DNA of 40,995 bases from Clostridiales bacterium DTU023 (lineage in GTDB: Bacteria > Bacillota > Clostridia > Saccharofermentanales > DTU023), in assembly GCA_001512945.1 (NCBI GenBank), contig LFTF01000061.1, positions 29,165 through 70,159 on the forward strand. The letters run 5' to 3'. The translations under genes were made by a program, and so were the position numbers. The notes beneath the pieces are model-generated. The model ran no database searches and was not told the origin of the DNA. It saw nothing but the letters and a program-made list of their open reading frames with translations. Of the stretch, positions 1 to 8,841 are shown piece by piece; positions within the stretch are counted from its first letter, which is position 1, and each line of letters begins with the position of its first letter.

Positions 1-60
1 AAGTCACCTGTGAAAGTGGATTGTAACTATATTAGCAAGGTGATGTAAGGAGTACCGTCA

Positions 61-1017
61 ATGTCTTATTCAGATCGAATGCAGGGCAATCACCTCTACA
101 GTGTGCTTCTCTCTCCCCGCGGCGCACCGCGTATGGTGGACCAGGGAAGACAGATCGCGCAGCAATTTCTGTCACCATTTGATTCTCTAATTGGCTTAAT
201 CGGGGACAGTGGGTCGGGGAAGAGTATCTTGCTAAAAGGAATGTTTCCCGGTCTCGAGCTCACGAATGACGACGAAGGAGTCAACGTGCGCCCCTTGCCA
301 ATTCTGGATCAAGATGACACAGGTTTTTTCACCCCCCACACATACCACATCGACATACGGTTCGAGATGGGGTTTAGTCAGGTACATGAATTGGCAGACG
401 CGATCCGCCTCGCATTGGAGCGGGGAAAGCGCGTGGTCGTCGAGCATTTCGATCTGATTTATCCGCATCTTGGGATGAACGCACATCTCCTCATTGGTAT
501 TGGGGAGGAAATTATTATCACTCGGCCAAGTGTATTCGGCCCAGAACCGGATGACATCAAAAAAGTGGTATTCGCGTCAATTAACAACCGGCGGATGGCA
601 CATACGGCGGAAGATCTTTTGGAACATTGTCTCATTGATCAACGAGTTTATCACTTTGATCACAACGACGTGCGCTCGGGGTTCATCCTTTCATTTCACG
701 ACCGCCCTACACTTGACCTTCGTGCGCTTGAAAGAGATGTAAAATCGTTGATCGCACAGAATCTTCCAATTTCTTATCTCGACAATACACACGTCATGAT
801 CGGGGATCAGCGTCACTACTGTACGGGACCGCGCATGCACGTCAAATCGACGGGGGAGATCCGAAATTTTCAACTTTACCACGAATTTCTAGTACATCCG
901 ATCACGAAGGATTCTCAGATACTCGGTCTAGTAAATATACCGTCAGATTACAAGCTTTCCGAGCTCAACTCACTTCAATTGATGACGTTCTCTGAACCGG
1001 ACAGCGACGGATCATAA
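61..1017 (+). CDS. Stand-alone P-loop NTPase/kinase-like protein, function unknown
   Basis: 318-aa ORF with AAGGAG (47-52) 8 nt upstream of the ATG. Walker A is GDSGSGKS. The following context, ...GLELTNDDEGVNVR, resembles the GDSGxGKS...LVADDxVxIR context of HPr-kinase catalytic domains and the GSGKS...viDaD context of CoaE-type kinases. RVVVEHFD is Walker-B-like. The stop lies 4 nt before the next start, suggesting translational coupling. The C-terminal ~170 aa are unrecognised. Confidence 0.5.
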   Translation: MSYSDRMQGNHLYSVLLSPRGAPRMVDQGRQIAQQFLSPFDSLIGLIGDSGSGKSILLKGMFPGLELTNDDEGVNVRPLPILDQDDTGFFTPHTYHIDIRFEMGFSQVHELADAIRLALERGKRVVVEHFDLIYPHLGMNAHLLIGIGEEIIITRPSVFGPEPDDIKKVVFASINNRRMAHTAEDLLEHCLIDQRVYHFDHNDVRSGFILSFHDRPTLDLRALERDVKSLIAQNLPISYLDNTHVMIGDQRHYCTGPRMHVKSTGEIRNFQLYHEFLVHPITKDSQILGLVNIPSDYKLSELNSLQLMTFSEPDSDGS

Positions 1018-1021
1018 GAGA

Positions 1022-2515
1022 GTGCCCGGTTGTAATGAATTTTCGGCGACACATAACAGGGCAGTGACTCTGGATGAGATGCTGTCTGCGCGGGATCTCC
1101 GCGTCCTTAAGCAGCGAGAGATGTTGAAGCAATTCGGCTGTCCAGTCATCTCCATGACGCTTAATATGCCGGGCGCTATAAAGCGAACACGACTCTCAAA
1201 TTACTTCTTCGAACGCGAACTGCGTGCTTTAAAATCAGTTTTGATAAGCCTTGGGGCAACGGTCGTTCAGGAAGAATCGACACATGTGGCAACGGGTGAT
1301 GAAGCTCTGATCGCCGTTCGCGATTTCATACCGGAGGCGATCAAGTCACTTGCGGTCGTGATCGAAGAACACACCAAGGCATCAAGACTCCTTGATCTTG
1401 ATGTGTTTCGTGAAGACGGAACAGCGATCGATCGCAAATCACTCGCGATGACTCCCAGAAGATGTCTGCTTTGCGAAGAATCTGCCGTTCTCTGTGCCGC
1501 AACCGTTCGCCATTCCTCTGAAGCCTTGCAAGAGGAAGTACGACTCCTCCTTGACGGTTACGCGTGCAATGAATTGGCGGATATTCATGCGGGGATGGCA
1601 ATGGAAGCATCGTCATTTGAGCTTATGGTTTCGCCCAAACCCGGACTGGTGACTTTTTATGAAGCTGGTTCCCACGAAGATATGGACCGTTTTACTTTTG
1701 TAAAAAGTCAGTCTGTTCTAGCAAATTATTACCGCGCATCGTTTCAAACGGGGTGGAAGCGAAGTCTCCCACAGACAGAAAAGGCAATGTGGCTCAGGCA
1801 CGAAGGTATTCTCGCGGAACAGGCCATGTCTGAGGCGACAAAAGGTGTTAATACACATCGCGGTTGGATTTATCTATCGGGGATTTTGTTAAACGCGATG
1901 GGTGAATACTGGAGCGAATTTTTCTCCGGCGATGGAGTAGTTCCAGTTGCGGCACAGCCGAGCAGTGTGTTGCAACCATCCTTTGAGGGCGCACAACTGT
2001 CGCGACGTTCGGCTGACATTGCGCGAGAACTCGAACAATCACTCAGTCAAATCACTCATTTCTCCTATTTGAATGAACGTTTAAATGCAGAGGACAGCAT
2101 AAAAGGGATTCGCGAAGAAGCATGTCACGGTTTCCCTAGCTTGTTTGATGTCGGCTATCCCGTTCTGCGTGATTCGCTTGTAATGGGGCACGATGACAAT
2201 ACGACCGGCTTGCGCACGCTGATTGCGCTTCTCGGCATTACGTCGGATACAACACTCATCCGACGGGCAGGTCGCGAACGCGCATCGGATATCAGGGAGA
2301 TGGTACGTGATCGGCTGATCGCAGGCAGCCGCGGGGCAACCGATGAAACTGCGATTGTAACGGGAGCGCTAGCTTTAACAGAAAATGAACTCCATGAGTT
2401 CCTGGATGATTTGTGCAGAATGTTCGTCGGGAAGCGCTTAAGCTGCGGAGGCGTTGCTGATCTTATAGCAGGGAGCCGTCTCGTTTATCGATTTTTATTT
2501 GAGATATGTCATTGA
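1022..2515 (+). CDS. citXG: Fused CitX-CitG: apo-ACP 2'-(5''-phosphoribosyl)-3'-dephospho-CoA transferase plus triphosphoribosyl-dephospho-CoA synthase
   Basis: 497-aa ORF. The N-terminal ~185 aa match CitX: [19 protein letters not shown]... and [22 protein letters not shown], compared with E. coli CitX [22 protein letters not shown]. The C-terminal ~300 aa carry the CitG/MdcB hallmark [15 protein letters not shown]..F. The start is GTG at 1022; an alternative ATG lies at 1079. Confidence 0.8.
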   Translation: [497 protein letters not shown]

Positions 2516-2533
2516 CCTGTAATACTGTCTGTA

Positions 2534-2562
2534 TTGAAGGGTTTCGGAGACGGTGCTATACT
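2534..2562 (+). promoter_or_regulatory. Sigma-70-type promoter for the SH3b/NlpC-P60 gene
   Basis: TTGAAG (2534-2539), 17-nt spacer, then TGc-TATACT (extended -10, hexamer 2557-2562). Confidence 0.5.
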
Positions 2563-2617
2563 GACACAAAGTCGGCGATAGTAATCGATGTCTTTATGTG
2601 TGGGAAGGAATTATAAA

Positions 2618-4618
2618 ATGCTCGATAGAACCCCTGATAAGGGAAGCGAATCCGATCAGACAACGCGTCCGCATCAAGCAGTAACGCGTAGCCGTCCTAA
2701 GGTTCGCAAACGTAGAATCGTCACCGCGGGAACACGTGGGCGTCTTCTTTTCTACGGACTTCCTATCACTGCTTTCGTCTTGATATTGACACTTTTTGTA
2801 GTAAAAGTTTCAACTGTTAAACAGACACATGTCCCTTTCCAAGAATTTGCCGGTCTTCAGCAAGCCGATGGACTGATCGACCGAGACAATCCCGTATTGA
2901 TCCACTCACCCACCGAAACTTCTCCCAGTCAAGACATTAAACCAACTATAACAACTCAAACAACCGTCACAACTCAACCAATTGCAATAACTGACCCTTC
3001 ATCAGTGTTGCCTGAAACGGAACCGTCTCCTTCGGACTCGACTGATCCTGCGGAGGACTTGCCCGAGGCAACCATTATTATGATTGAGAAAGTTAAGACT
3101 GTTTTCGTAATCAAAGAGTTAGCTGAGATATATGACTTGCCTGCTGAGACATCAGATATCCTTGCCACCGCCGGTTTGAATAACGTATTAATCAAAATTG
3201 GAGAGGCGGATGGATGGACTTCCGTAAGAAATAATCGAGGCGTTGAAGGTTTTGTCAGGAGCAATCTTGTCGGAGAGACCCAGGTCTTTATCCCCCAGAC
3301 TGGAGCGACCTATTACGTTCAAAATTACCAAAGCAATATCCGGGTAGGTCCCGGCCGCCAGTATGAAACTGAGGGCTTTGGTCTGCGAGGCATGACATTG
3401 AAAGTGCTGGAGGCAGGTGATGAATGGTCGAAAGTCAGGACGGAAAATGGTGTCTCCGGCTACATGCTGAATGATTTGTTTGGTCCGGCCAAGCCGGCTC
3501 AAGAAGTCGGCGAGATTGATCGTGGACGCTACATGTACGTCGACACAGACGTAGCAAATTTGCGTGACGCGCCGTCGCTCGATTCTGAACTTATCGGAGC
3601 GGCATTTATGGATGACCGAGTGTACCAGGTCGCTGATAACGGTGGGTGGTCAAGAGTTAAGACAGAAGGCGGCATTACTGCATATGTTAACAATGACCTT
3701 CTACGCGCCACCCCCCCAGCCAATCCATTCCAAAAAACAAACAGAACATTCTACGTCGCGACAAGTTCTGTCAACGTGCGCAGTTCACCGACAACAGATT
3801 CTGAAGTTCTAGAGAGAATGAAACTTGATCAGGCTGTGCTTGAGCTCGAGGCTAACGACGCATGGTCGAAAGTTAAGTTGAGTAATGGGAAAATCGGTTT
3901 CATAAGCAGTGATCTTTTAACATCAGTTGTACCTCCGCCCGCCGGATTCAAAAGAACAACAGGTTCGATTTATGTGAATACAGGCGCGGCAAATATTCGC
4001 TCGCAACCAAATACTAATTGCACTATTGTTACAGTCGCCCGCTATGGGAATAAACTTACACTTAAAGCGACCGGACCTGACTGGTCAATGATTGAAACGT
4101 CAACCGGCCAGACAGGGTATATCTCCAATGATTTGATCTCAAAGGATAAGCCGGCCCCACCTACTACTGGTAGTGGAACGGGCAGTGGTGGCGGAACGAA
4201 TAATGCTGGCGGAACAAGTAGCAGTGACAAGGATGCCGATGCAAGGCAACGCGTCGTTGAGATCGCGAAATCTTGTCTGGGATTGCCTTACCGTCTGGGC
4301 AGCAGCAATCTGAGTGCTATGGATTGTTCAGGGTTGGTCAAATACTGTTATGGAGCTATTGGTTATAAGAATATACCGCACGGTTCAGATCCTCAGGCAC
4401 GCCAATTAGGCACGAGAGTAACCTTTACAGGCCGCGATTTCTCCAACCTTTTGCCAGGCGATCTCATATTCTTCAGCAGAGGATATGGTTACCACCATGT
4501 CGGAATCTATATCGGCAACAATAAGATGATCCACGCCGTTAGTCGCAGGGGCGTCATCTGTGATGATCTTACGACCTACTCCGTGGTGCCAGTGCGTGTC
4601 AACCGAGTTCTCAACTGA
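2618..4618 (+). CDS. Membrane-anchored cell-wall hydrolase: N-terminal TM, Pro/Thr/Ser linker, 5 SH3b repeats, C-terminal NlpC/P60 cysteine peptidase
   Basis: TM segment LLFYGLPITAFVLILTLFVVKV. Five repeats of the G/A-W-S/T-x-V-(x4-5)-G-x-x-G-(F/Y)-(x3)-(D/N)-L type, e.g. EWSKVRTENGVSGYMLNDL and AWSKVKLSNGKIGFISSDL. A Gly/Ser/Thr linker follows. The catalytic motifs are intact: MDCSGLVKY, HHVGIYIG and MIHA. ATG 2618 is preferred because GGAAGGA lies upstream; the ORF is open from 2588. Confidence 0.8.
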   Translation: MLDRTPDKGSESDQTTRPHQAVTRSRPKVRKRRIVTAGTRGRLLFYGLPITAFVLILTLFVVKVSTVKQTHVPFQEFAGLQQADGLIDRDNPVLIHSPTETSPSQDIKPTITTQTTVTTQPIAITDPSSVLPETEPSPSDSTDPAEDLPEATIIMIEKVKTVFVIKELAEIYDLPAETSDILATAGLNNVLIKIGEADGWTSVRNNRGVEGFVRSNLVGETQVFIPQTGATYYVQNYQSNIRVGPGRQYETEGFGLRGMTLKVLEAGDEWSKVRTENGVSGYMLNDLFGPAKPAQEVGEIDRGRYMYVDTDVANLRDAPSLDSELIGAAFMDDRVYQVADNGGWSRVKTEGGITAYVNNDLLRATPPANPFQKTNRTFYVATSSVNVRSSPTTDSEVLERMKLDQAVLELEANDAWSKVKLSNGKIGFISSDLLTSVVPPPAGFKRTTGSIYVNTGAANIRSQPNTNCTIVTVARYGNKLTLKATGPDWSMIETSTGQTGYISNDLISKDKPAPPTTGSGTGSGGGTNNAGGTSSSDKDADARQRVVEIAKSCLGLPYRLGSSNLSAMDCSGLVKYCYGAIGYKNIPHGSDPQARQLGTRVTFTGRDFSNLLPGDLIFFSRGYGYHHVGIYIGNNKMIHAVSRRGVICDDLTTYSVVPVRVNRVLN

Positions 4619-4646
4619 CGGACCGGTGAATAACTATGATTTCGAG

Positions 4647-4678
4647 ATGGACGCGGTCATTGAACGCGTCCATTTTTA
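4647..4678 (+). terminator. Rho-independent terminator
   Basis: ATGGACGCG (4647-4655), 9-nt loop, CGCGTCCAT (4665-4673), then TTTTT. Confidence 0.7.
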
Positions 4679-4703
4679 ATAAGAGAAAGTGAAGGACGGG
4701 CGC

Positions 4704-5729
4704 ATGCAACAGGCGGAAGATATTTACATTGAAAATGCCTCGGAGTCAGACAAAAAATGCGATGCTGTTATTTCTGTAATTGTTCCCTTTTATAATGAAG
4801 CCGGGCAGATTTTGATGACGCTTGAATCGATCGGGAAGGTTTTGGAAGCAACCGGGTTGCGTTATGAAATCCTTGCGATTGATGATGGTTCACATGATTC
4901 AACATGGGACGAACTCGTTGCCTGCGCGGCCAAAGATTCAGCCATACGGCTGTTTCGTTTTTCCCGTAACTTTGGCAAGGAAGCGGCAGTCTGCGCAGGA
5001 TTGGACGAAGCGTTAGGGGACGCTGTTATCGTAATGGACGGTGATCTACAACACCCACCGCGCTACATTCCTGAAATGATCAAACTGTGGCAGGAAGGAT
5101 TTGAAGTCGTTGAAGGTGTAAAAACGGCGAGAGGCAAAGAGCCCCTATTTTCGCGACTTTTTGCCAATGTGTTTTACGGTATGTTCGGCAAACTGTCAGG
5201 CTATAAATTGAAAAATGCTTCCGACTTTAAACTGCTTGATCGGAAGGTTGTAGACAGTTGGAATATACTGCCTGAAAAGGAAACGTTCTTTCGCGCACTG
5301 TCAGCCTGGTTGGGTTTCAAGCGTGTGACGTTCCCGTTTTTTGTCGACGAACGGTCGACAGGAAAAAGCAAATGGGGTTTTCGAAAGCTTTTCCGACTGT
5401 CTATTAACGCGTTGACCGGTTTTTCCTCGCGTCCTCTCCTATTGATTAACAGTTTGGGAGCAATTTTTCTGATTGGTTTTTTCATACTCTCCATTCAAAC
5501 ACTTATTAAATATTTTAGCGGGCAGGCAGCTACCGGTTTTACAACGGTTATTTTGCTCCAGCTTCTCATTGGTAGCATGGTCTTGATCAGTCTTGGATTG
5601 ATTGGTATATATATTGACAGTTTGTTCCGTGAAGTTAAGGCGAGGCCGCGCTACCTTATTTCGGAAACATTTGAGAAGTCTGCGGTCGAAACTATGGATG
5701 AGTCCTCGTATGAGGGAGAAGCTTCCTGA
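4704..5729 (+). CDS. Family-2 glycosyltransferase (GtrB/CsbB-like polyprenyl-phosphate glycosyltransferase) with two C-terminal TM helices
   Basis: VSVIVPFYNE...AIDDGSHDST...DGDLQHPP (GT-A fold, DxD) plus two hydrophobic C-terminal helices. ATG 4704 has GAAGGA 7 nt upstream; the ORF track begins at GTG 4689. Confidence 0.75.
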   Translation: MQQAEDIYIENASESDKKCDAVISVIVPFYNEAGQILMTLESIGKVLEATGLRYEILAIDDGSHDSTWDELVACAAKDSAIRLFRFSRNFGKEAAVCAGLDEALGDAVIVMDGDLQHPPRYIPEMIKLWQEGFEVVEGVKTARGKEPLFSRLFANVFYGMFGKLSGYKLKNASDFKLLDRKVVDSWNILPEKETFFRALSAWLGFKRVTFPFFVDERSTGKSKWGFRKLFRLSINALTGFSSRPLLLINSLGAIFLIGFFILSIQTLIKYFSGQAATGFTTVILLQLLIGSMVLISLGLIGIYIDSLFREVKARPRYLISETFEKSAVETMDESSYEGEAS

Positions 5730-6660
5730 TTCGCGGCTTGTCCGCTTCCTAGAAGACACGACCCAGTCGGGTGGAGTTGATTTTCATTTGCACTCCTATT
5801 TCTCTGACGGCGCTCAATCTCCAACAGCATTGGTTGAAGAAGTGTTGCGCAAAAAGCTGTTCGCTTTTTCCCTGACAGATCATGACACAATGGCAGGAAA
5901 TTTTGAAGCGCGAGACGCGCTCAGGCAGATATGTCCCACCTCGCGCGACATATCTGATTATAAGCCGGGAGATGAAAAGCGTAAGGGGGAGATTCCTTGG
6001 TTTGTTCCGGGTGTCGAGTGCAGTACTCAATTTGAAGACCAAGAGATTCATCTGCTCGGCTACTTCACAGAAGTCGACCCCCCTGAAATGAAGCAATTTC
6101 TTAAAAAACAAGCAGATCTGCGAGTAAAGCGCAATGAGGCGATGATCAATAAATTAAATGCGCTAGGTTACCAGATCACACCATTCGAATTTCGCCGATA
6201 CGGCGTAGATCAAACCGTACTCGGTCGAGTCCATATGGCGCTTTGGCTCGTTGAATATGCTGGATTTCCGTCGATAAAAGAAGCATTTCGCAGACTCCTA
6301 AATGAAGGATGTCCTGCCTTTGTTCCGCGCGAAAAGCACACCGTAGAAGAAGTAGCGGGTGCGATCGCCAAGTCAGGCGGCGTGACGGTTCTTGCCCATC
6401 CCCAACAGTACCGTTGGTGTGAGGATATAAACTCACCGGAAACGACTCAATCATTAACGCGTTGTTTCTCTGACTGTCAGTCGATGGGAGTTCTAGGCGT
6501 TGAGTGCTTCCACGGACAAGCGAGCCAAGAGGAATCGCAGTTGATGAGCGAAGTCGCAAAGGGACTGGGAATGATCTGTACCGCCGGTTCGGACAGCCAT
6601 GGTCGTGACGACCAGCATGCGCACATGTATGAAGGTGGAACTGTTTTTAACCTAGATTGA
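5698..6660 (+). CDS. PHP-domain metallophosphoesterase (TrpH/YciV family)
   Basis: VDFHLHSYFSDG...FSLTDHDTMAG...AHP...GSDSHG, the PHP metal-ligand motifs. The start is uncertain (ATG 5698 or 5710, neither with a good SD). It overlaps the 3' end of the glycosyltransferase gene. Confidence 0.7.
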   Translation: MSPRMREKLPDSRLVRFLEDTTQSGGVDFHLHSYFSDGAQSPTALVEEVLRKKLFAFSLTDHDTMAGNFEARDALRQICPTSRDISDYKPGDEKRKGEIPWFVPGVECSTQFEDQEIHLLGYFTEVDPPEMKQFLKKQADLRVKRNEAMINKLNALGYQITPFEFRRYGVDQTVLGRVHMALWLVEYAGFPSIKEAFRRLLNEGCPAFVPREKHTVEEVAGAIAKSGGVTVLAHPQQYRWCEDINSPETTQSLTRCFSDCQSMGVLGVECFHGQASQEESQLMSEVAKGLGMICTAGSDSHGRDDQHAHMYEGGTVFNLD

Positions 6661-6894
6661 GCGTTCGTCTTCTAAGTCATTTACTCGACATCGTGGACTC
6701 AGTAGAATATCTGTTTTGGCTACCGCGTTCATTATTGTGATCAAAACTAATAAAAAGATGTATGAAAAGTTACTGTCGCAAACGACAAACAGCGTTAAAA
6801 TAGATGGGTTAACAGTGTAGTTGTTACATTGGGAAGAAATTACAGATGGGCGTCCGATTTAAGAGATACCTATGGAGATAAGGGGAGGATCAAG

Positions 6895-8841
6895 ATGATT
6901 ATTTACGACAAGAAAACGATTGATGATGTAGAGGTTAAGGGGAAACGCGTATTGCTTCGTGCGGAGTTTAACGTGCCGCTCGACAAAAAGACCAACGAAA
7001 TCACAGATGACCGCCGGATCCGGGCGGCGCTTCCGACTATCCGCGCGCTCTCGAGCCGCGGAGCGCGACTGATTATTGTTTCCCATCTTGGTAGGCCCAA
7101 AGGGTTTGATACAGCTCTATCATTGGCTCCCGTGGCCAAACGTCTTTCCGAATTGCTCGGCCAGCCTATCGAAATGGCCGAAGATGTCATAGGTGATAGC
7201 GCCATGACGAAATCGAAAGCTCTCGGGGACGGGGAGATACTTCTTCTTGAGAATGTGCGTTTCCATAAAGAGGAGACAAAAAATAAGCCTGAATTTGCTC
7301 GTAAGCTTGCATCCATGGCTGAGCTCTACGCAAGTGACGCGTTTGGCGCAGTTCATCGCGCTCATGCCTCAACAACAGGTGTCGCATCGTTTCTCCCCGC
7401 CGTTGCGGGATACACAATCAATCGGGAACTCGAAATGCTCGGCCGAGCAGTTGGTGACCCTAAGCGTCCATTGACAGCTATTCTGGGTGGTGCCAAGGTA
7501 TTCGACAAAATCGGTGTGATTAAAAATTTGATTGATAACGTCGACAACCTCTTGATCGGAGGAGGTATGGCGTATACATTCCAGGCGGCCAAGGGATGGC
7601 CGGTGGGAACATCTCTTTGCGAGACAGACAAGCTCGATCTTGCCAGAGAACTTATGAAACTTGCGGAGGAAAAAGGCGTCAATCTCGTTCTTCCTGTCGA
7701 CACGACCGTGGCTGACAGATTTGCAGAAGACGCTATCCCGGTGGTTGTCCCCGCAGACAAAATCCCTGATGACATGATGGGTCTTGACATCGGTCCTGAA
7801 ACAGCCAATCTTTTTAGCGAGATTATCAAGAAATCCGGAACCATCGTCTGGAATGGACCAGTGGGTGTTTTTGAGTTTGAAGCGTTCAGTAATGGAACAC
7901 GCCAAATCGCACGCGCCATTGCTGAATCGGATGCTATCTCCATTATCGGAGGCGGTGATTCAGCGGCAGCAGTCGAACAGCTCGGTTTCGCTGATAACAT
8001 GACGCACATATCTACGGGCGGCGGAGCTTCACTCGAGTTCTTAGAAGGCAAAGTACTGCCTGGGATCGACTGTCTGCTTGACCGCGACCCACGAAGCCGC
8101 GTAGTCGCCGGCAACTGGAAGATGAACCTTGGCGTACCGCCAGAGGCAGTATCTTTTATAGAAAAGTTGCAACCACTGGTTGCCGACTCACCGTCAAAGG
8201 TGATTGTCGCCGTTCCGTATACAGCATTAGATGCGGCAGTGGCACTTTGTGCGGGAACGCCCATCCGCGTGGCGGCACAAAACGGCTACCAAAAGGATCA
8301 AGGAGCTTACACGGGTGAGATTTCGATGAAAATGCTAGCTGAAATGCACGTTTCTTATGTGCTAATCGGCCATTCAGAGCGCCGCGGATACGCGAAAGAA
8401 ACGGACGAAAATGTCAACGAAAAACTCAAAGCGGCTCTCGCATGGGGTGTCCGTCCGATCGTCTGCTGTGGTGAATCTAAAGAGCAGCGTTTGAATGGAG
8501 AGACGGAAGCGCACCTTGCAAAACAAATTGAAAAAGCATTTAATGGCATATCGGCTGGATCACTTTGTCAAATTATGGTCGCGTATGAACCAATCTGGGC
8601 AATCGGAACAGGTGATACCGCGACGCAGGAACAAGCGGAACAGGCTTGTGCGCTGATACGCACCGAGTTAGATCGATTGTACGGCGAACAATCCGCAGAG
8701 TACATTAAAATTCTCTACGGCGGTTCCATGAATGCAGCAAACGCCGCAGGTCTCTTTTCGCAAACTCACATCGATGGCGGTCTTGTGGGGGGCGCCTCAC
8801 TGAATGCAGATGATTTCAGCGTCATCGCGAAGGAAAAATAA
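6895..8841 (+). CDS. pgk-tpiA: Bifunctional phosphoglycerate kinase / triosephosphate isomerase fusion protein
   Basis: AAGGGGAGGA SD, then ATG 6895. The PGK part runs from MIIYDKKTIDDVEVKGKRVLLRAEFNVPLD to ...GGGASLEFLEGK. A ~6-aa linker (RDPRSR) follows. The TIM part runs from 8101 (VVAGNWKMN...) through IGHSERR to YEPIWAIGTG. It is a single uninterrupted frame with no stop and no internal start/SD at the junction. Confidence 0.9.
   Translation: MIIYDKKTIDDVEVKGKRVLLRAEFNVPLDKKTNEITDDRRIRAALPTIRALSSRGARLIIVSHLGRPKGFDTALSLAPVAKRLSELLGQPIEMAEDVIGDSAMTKSKALGDGEILLLENVRFHKEETKNKPEFARKLASMAELYASDAFGAVHRAHASTTGVASFLPAVAGYTINRELEMLGRAVGDPKRPLTAILGGAKVFDKIGVIKNLIDNVDNLLIGGGMAYTFQAAKGWPVGTSLCETDKLDLARELMKLAEEKGVNLVLPVDTTVADRFAEDAIPVVVPADKIPDDMMGLDIGPETANLFSEIIKKSGTIVWNGPVGVFEFEAFSNGTRQIARAIAESDAISIIGGGDSAAAVEQLGFADNMTHISTGGGASLEFLEGKVLPGIDCLLDRDPRSRVVAGNWKMNLGVPPEAVSFIEKLQPLVADSPSKVIVAVPYTALDAAVALCAGTPIRVAAQNGYQKDQGAYTGEISMKMLAEMHVSYVLIGHSERRGYAKETDENVNEKLKAALAWGVRPIVCCGESKEQRLNGETEAHLAKQIEKAFNGISAGSLCQIMVAYEPIWAIGTGDTATQEQAEQACALIRTELDRLYGEQSAEYIKILYGGSMNAANAAGLFSQTHIDGGLVGGASLNADDFSVIAKEK

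Noticed and set aside
8086-8101. Programmed frameshift, hidden stop or internal start at the pgk/tpiA junction
   Set aside because: The frame is continuous with no slippery heptamer, no stop and no start/SD. I called it a simple translational fusion, which still needs read-level confirmation.
7362-8264. 300-aa minus-strand ORF (plus a 178-aa ORF at 7369-7905) inside pgk-tpiA
   Set aside because: It lies entirely antisense to a strongly supported glycolytic gene. Its composition is Ser/Ala/Pro/Thr-rich and low in complexity, it has no SD, and this is the typical shadow frame of a GC-balanced coding region.
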